A DNA stretch of 64,000 bases from Vitrella brassicaformis CCMP3155 (Eukaryota; Protista; Chromerida). Of this stretch, positions 59,100 to 64,000 are shown piece after piece. Both the position numbers and the translations under genes were made by a program. A model generated the notes under the pieces. The model did no database searches. It worked only from the letters and a program-made list of their open reading frames with translations, and was not told the origin of the DNA. The DNA is taken from NCBI GenBank assembly GCA_001179505.1, contig CDMY01000091.1, positions 1 through 64,000 on the forward strand, given 5' to 3'. Numbering within the stretch: the first letter of the stretch is position 1; each line of letters starts with the position of its first letter.

Positions 59100-60600
59100 T
59101 TATTTGTTCGAGCCGGAGAACCAGCCGAAGATGCCGACGCCGCACGACTTCTTCGTTGATGCTGACCACCACCACAACACATCACATCCCATCACATTGC
59201 AGCACATCACAGCCGATCCCGTGTGGTCACTGACTTTTCTTCTTGGGTGCGATCATGTGTGCGAGCGGGGCCATCATGGGCGGCCGCATCATCATCACCA
59301 TGGGAGGGCCGGCAGGGGCGGCGGGAGGCGGCGCGACCGGACGAGCAGCACCAGGAAAGGGCGGCGGGGGCGCCATCGGCATCTGCACACACACACACAT
59401 CCAGACAGACAGATAGACAGACAGACGGGAAGAGACACAGCAACGTGTGCACAGGAGACACCTGCCTGTGTGTCTGCTGTGATCCACCAACAGCTCAGAG
59501 GAGTCATGGCGATGTTGTCGGCCTCTCCAGGAACGCCGAGTAAGAGACCGCCTCGGTGGGCACACAAGGATGAATACATGCAGGCCAATGAGACGGTTTA
59601 TTTGGTCAACAACATGGCCCCATCACGACGGGAAAGAGCCACGCACAGAGGTGAGAAAAGAGGAAGGAAGGAGTGCACGAGTTGGTGGAAATCTGTGTGT
59701 GTTGGTGTGTGTGTTTCTTTAGTCAGTGCCTTTGCCATGGCCGGCGATCGACTTTCACTCGTTGGCTGGTTGGTTGGTTCATTCGCTCATTCGCTTCTTC
59801 GCCCCATCGACGTGTCTCTCCGCGTGTCTCGCCCAACCCACGCCAACCACACAACAAGGCATCTATTTGTCAGAAGAGAGACGCTCTCTCTGGATCCCAT
59901 CATTGCCTCGTGCTGCACGAGGCGCCGGGATTACAGGTTTCTGATGAGCTTCTTCGCATTCGAGCCGAGCCCCGGAATATTGTCGAGTATGAATTCGAAC
60001 GAAGGGTCCATGCGGGACTGTTTTTTGGTGGGAGGCTGCAGGACATTGCCGACAATTGCCCGCAGGCCTCACGGCTCGTCGGTGGCGAGTGATGTTACCT
60101 TGAAGGACGACGCCTTCGACGGAGATGTCTTGGAGGTGGCAGAAAAGGTGGTGTTGTAAACCGCCTTGCAGCAGACACACCCCAAGTCAAAGAACCTGAC
60201 AAGACAGATGCAAGTGATCAAACACGTGTCAGTCTATCATTGCGCGGGCACTCAGGCTCACTTTCCCTTGACCCTGTAGTAGAGCTCGCCATGCAAGCTG
60301 TTGAGTTCGGTCTCCAGTTTGGCGATCTCCTGTTCCTGCCCTTGGTCCTTCAGTCGATTGACCTTTTTGTTCAGTTTCTTGTAACTCTTGAACATGCTGA
60401 TGGCCTCCTCCATCCCCTCATGCGTGCAGGGCAGCTGTTTCTGTGCGGGAAACATTGCGATAAAGTGTTCTTTGCTTTGGCGATGACGCCGTCCCTCGCG
60501 AACGCACCACTTCCTGGGCATCCGTGGTCAGCGTGGAGCCCCAAAGGCCGGAAGCGATCCTGCCTCCCATAGTGTCCTCGCAGGCGGCCTTGCTCATGCA
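59100..60600 (-). CDS. Hypothetical multi-exon protein(s): coiled-coil exons plus Pro/Met-rich C-terminus
   Basis: KEHFIAMFPAQKQLP...IAKLETELNSLHGELYYRVKG|KFFDLGCVCCKAVY...|PPTKKQSRMDPSFEFILDNIPGLG; terminal MPMAPPPPFPG...APKKK|TSTKKSCGVGIFGWFSGSNK*. Continuity across 59500-59730 is not established. Confidence 0.45.
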
Positions 60601-62106
60601 CTGCGCACACGTGAGACGTGCACACGTGATGCGTCCTGTGGCCCCATTGTTCAGTCAAGACCTGAAGGCCCGTTGAGCATTGCGAGGGTTGGCTCGGGAA
60701 TAAGCATTGCATATTCTCAACTGCAGGACACGCAACACAGAGTGATTGATGAGTGAAGCCAGCCACAGACTAGAACGAGGCAACCTTACAGCAGTTCCAG
60801 GAAGACGTCAGCAGGGCCAGTAGGGCCGTGGAGTTGTCTCTGCCCGCAAGTCTTCCGGCTGCTTGAAGGGGCAACGTGGACAGTGCAACGCTCAAACAGA
60901 TGACAAAGAACGACTGGACACGGGCAGCAGTCTGCATGGCTGCGAAACTCAGGCGGCAAACACAACTACAGCCGGAGACGCCACGAGACGCCCCCAGTTA
61001 AGCCCAGATGGCGAAGTTGGCCTTATGCAAGAACGACAGGACGAAACAGGGGACGGAGTAGCCGCACGGAAAAGTAAACTTGGACAGGAACCCACCCAGT
61101 CTCCCACGACGTGAGCCACGCAGGATGCCGGCGTGGCGCCTCTTTCCACTCTACAGCAGCGTCGGGCGCCAACAGCGCAACGAAACAAGTGAAAAAAAGA
61201 CTAGGTACTGGAGTGTGGCGATGCTGAGACAGAATTGTGAACACGTTTCAGTCATTCGCAGTTCTCGTTGTGTGCGTTCACAACAGTGGATGTCTCTTCA
61301 ACAAACATTCATCGGAAGAGACCATCGAATATAAAATGCAGGCAGCGATAACTGACATCCATCCTCGTTCCGTCTTCTTGTCTCTCATCTACGATGTCAT
61401 CTCCATTGCGAGGCCAATGCGGTCTGTCTCTCTGTGGACCAATCGCAAGAGACATCAGTTGATCATTCAGGTGTCTCTTGTGTCTGCCTTGTCGTTCTCA
61501 CGTCTGTTGCACGACGGTTATCCAACCCACCACACCACGACCGGCCAATCGAGTGTCTCTTTGAAAGTCAGTCGGGTCCTCCTCACCCCTCCTCACTAAA
61601 GTGATGTCCTCCTCACCCCTTCTCTCTGGATGGATGAATGGATGTGTTGTGTTGCATCGCACCTACTCATCCTCCTCCGCTGCGGATGGTATCCTCCTTG
61701 AGGAAGGTGAGGTTGAGCGATTCTCTGCACGCACATACATGAAGAAGCAGATGACAGCCGGTGGAACAGACAGATTGTGTCCTTGCCGGAAAGTGCTAGC
61801 TTGGCACTTCCCGGAGGAGCCAGGTGAGCTGATCATCGCGGCCTGCATCCATTCCAGGTCTTCCGACAGATGCACTTGCACGCACACAACCTGACAGCAT
61901 GGTGAGGGAGCATAGGCACACAGGCAAACAGAGATATGGATAACGGCATCAGAAGCTGACCTCATGACCTCAGCTATCTCTGGTGTGGGGAAAGGCCTCT
62001 TATCACCGCAACACAAAAGTGGAACTTGTCACCAATCCACCCACTGGCTCTTCTCGCTGAACGGCCAGCCCCCGGGGCGACCCTTCCGCCCGAGCACAGA
62101 CGCGCG

Positions 62107-63200
62107 TCACTCACTGACCGACGGCCAGCCGACGCCCACATCTACGGCACTCTGAACTCGTGACGCTCTCTTTGGGGGGCGCTCGGGCAGCAGCAGCACA
62201 ACGACGCCAGCGTCTGCCAGATCGATGGTTTCTCTCTCTCGGGCGGGGCCCCATCGGTCTGCAGCGAATGGCAGGAGGCCGCAGGACAGCAAAGAGATAA
62301 GGAAGCAGGTAAGAGACACGTTGTCTGTCTGTCTGTCTGTCTCACCATGTCTCGCCATTGTCACGGTGGCTGCTTCGTTGGCAGTGTGGTCATCCTCCTC
62401 GTGGGTGCCTTCGCTGATGGCCTCCCAGGCCCTCAGCGGGTCGTTCTTGTACGCCTTGTGAGCCCGGATTGGTTTGAATGACTTTCCGATGAGGGCCGCC
62501 TCCATCTTGAAAGCCTTCTCGTCAACGCGGCTGAAAGGCACCGCCTGCATTGCAAACCGACACAGCAGCAGACAGCAGATGAGGCCGATCTTCATTTGCC
62601 GTCCACTGCATGCCCCCTGGCCATGGCTCTCCTTCCCGTCGGCATGCATCTCACCTTCCTCCTCAACTCGTCTCTGACAATGCTGTGGCGCACTCTCTCT
62701 CTTTCCCCTCGCAACTCCTGGCGGCGCTTTTCTCGTCAACTCGGTTGAAGGGCATCGCCTGGATTGAAAACCGACACAGCAGCAGGCGGCAGAGACAGTA
62801 TATCTTGATTGAAGTGCATGCTATGCTCCCTGGCCTGGCTTCTCATCCTCTCGGATCCGTCACCTTCATCCTGAGCTCGTCTCTGATGATGCTGTGATGC
62901 CAGGTCGCATGCGTCCCATCTGTCGTGGCTCTGAGGAGGCCAAGTTGTCGCTCATTCTCTCTTGTTGCCACGGATCGAGCCGTTTCCCTGTTCTTCCCAG
63001 CTCTCCCGTCTCGTCAATGGGTCGCCATTGCAATGCGCCCACCCCCCTCGTCGAAGCGTCTGCGGCGGGACGCCACGTCTCTAACGTCTTGTCCACTCGG
63101 CTGGCGCCTTGGAGGGGCACTCCTCTGCTCATGATGAGACTCGCCTGCAATGAGCGAAAGACAGACAATGAGACGCATCGAGATCTCACAAGAATCAGCT
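62107..63200 (-). CDS. Hypothetical, possibly degenerate protein with repeated P(F/W)xR(V/I)DE motifs
   Basis: AVPFSRVDEK, AMPFNRVDEK, QWRPIDET, GASRVDKT in successive exons; acceptor plus exon start duplicated at ~62515-62580 and ~62725-62795. Confidence 0.35.
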
Positions 63201-64000
63201 CACAATAGCAAAGCCTTGCTGTCTTCTGGCGTCGCGCCGGGATGGCAAGTCGGTTCCTCTCGCTTGGCGCCTTTCATGACCTGTCGTCTGCCCCGCGCAG
63301 GCAGCACGGATAGAGATCAGATCGACTTGTGCTTACAGGAGATCACGATGTGTCTCTCTAAGCCGACGACGGGCATCAGGCTGCACGCGAGCAACGTGGA
63401 ATGGGTGCTAGGGGCCAGGCAGATATAAAATGTACACAGCGATGAGTGAGGCCTGCTAACACACAAATCGAGGTAGGATGTGCACATCAAGCGACTCAGT
63501 GAGAAGTTGCCAGCTTTTGCCTCTTACCTTCCCCCTTCTCCGAGGCCTCTGGCCAGGAGCTTCCTGTCTTTTCCCTCTTCTCTTCCAGGGCTTGCTGCTC
63601 TGCATCAATCGAGAGTCTCTCTCTCCAGCACTTGGGTCTTCTCCCCGCCTCTCCTCGCTGAATGGATGTCTTGTGCGTTGCCCCCACTGGTCGGCTGTGC
63701 GGTGCGCCACCAAGGCGGTCGGGACCGCACGCCTGCAGGGATGACAACCACCCGCAGTCTGCTGAGAGGTGCGCAGCATCAGAATATAAGTGGTCTGTTT
63801 ACCTCCGCAGCGACACGCAACATCATTCAAAGAGGAGAGGTGGCGGAGCCCTCACCCCCACCCCCACGCACAATTATCTCATTCTCATGGAGTGGGGAGG
63901 CCGGGCAGCAACAGCAAAAGAAGGCCGCGATGGCCTCCCACAGAGTCGGCTTCTTCCTCGCCTGTAGCACACAAAGAGACACATCCACGGGTGGGTGAAG

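Noticed and set aside
59227-59385. Pro/Met-rich exon as U1 snRNP C or SmB tail
   Set aside because: No zinc-finger or Sm fold found upstream; compositional similarity only.
61964-62010. MTSAISGVGKGLLS resembling the CTP synthase N-terminal P-loop
   Set aside because: No further CTP synthase sequence follows on the plus strand; likely chance.
1-64000. tRNA, rRNA, telomeric repeats, CRISPR, autonomous transposase or RT
   Set aside because: No T-loop/cloverleaf, rRNA signature, telomere array, or DDE/RT motifs recognised by eye; a tRNAscan/Infernal/RepeatModeler run would be decisive.

Overview
GC-rich eukaryotic nuclear DNA, gene-dense, with many short spliceosomal introns filled with (TG)n/(CA)n, (GACA)n and (GGAT)n microsatellites. 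It has four 300-N scaffold gaps. Two genes encode signal-peptide plus plastid/thylakoid-type presequences (PsbP-domain and NicO/UreH-like proteins). Together with SAXO-type axonemal repeats and expanded lineage-specific families, this points to a photosynthetic alveolate of the chromerid type, probably Vitrella (inference, not database-confirmed). Recognisable intact genes: mitochondrial ribosomal protein L49, a beta-hydroxyacid dehydrogenase, an MDR/quinone oxidoreductase, a DMT-family transporter, a NicO/UreH-like membrane protein, a PsbP-domain protein, an LRR protein, an ankyrin-repeat protein and a SAXO/FAM154 protein built from ~1.05-kb genomic tandem units. The first 17 kb is an accessory zone of duplications, pseudogenes and shuffled fragments (kinase, retropepsin-like protease, PH domain). 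The most striking object is a 1.8-kb segment (9746-11562) bounded by a perfect 22-bp inverted repeat. It carries a single 4-exon gene for a secreted ~201-aa protein ending in what looks like a phage-tailspike-type ICA (Peptidase S74) chaperone domain. No rRNA, tRNA or CRISPR array was seen. All exon structures were derived by eye and need RNA-seq confirmation.
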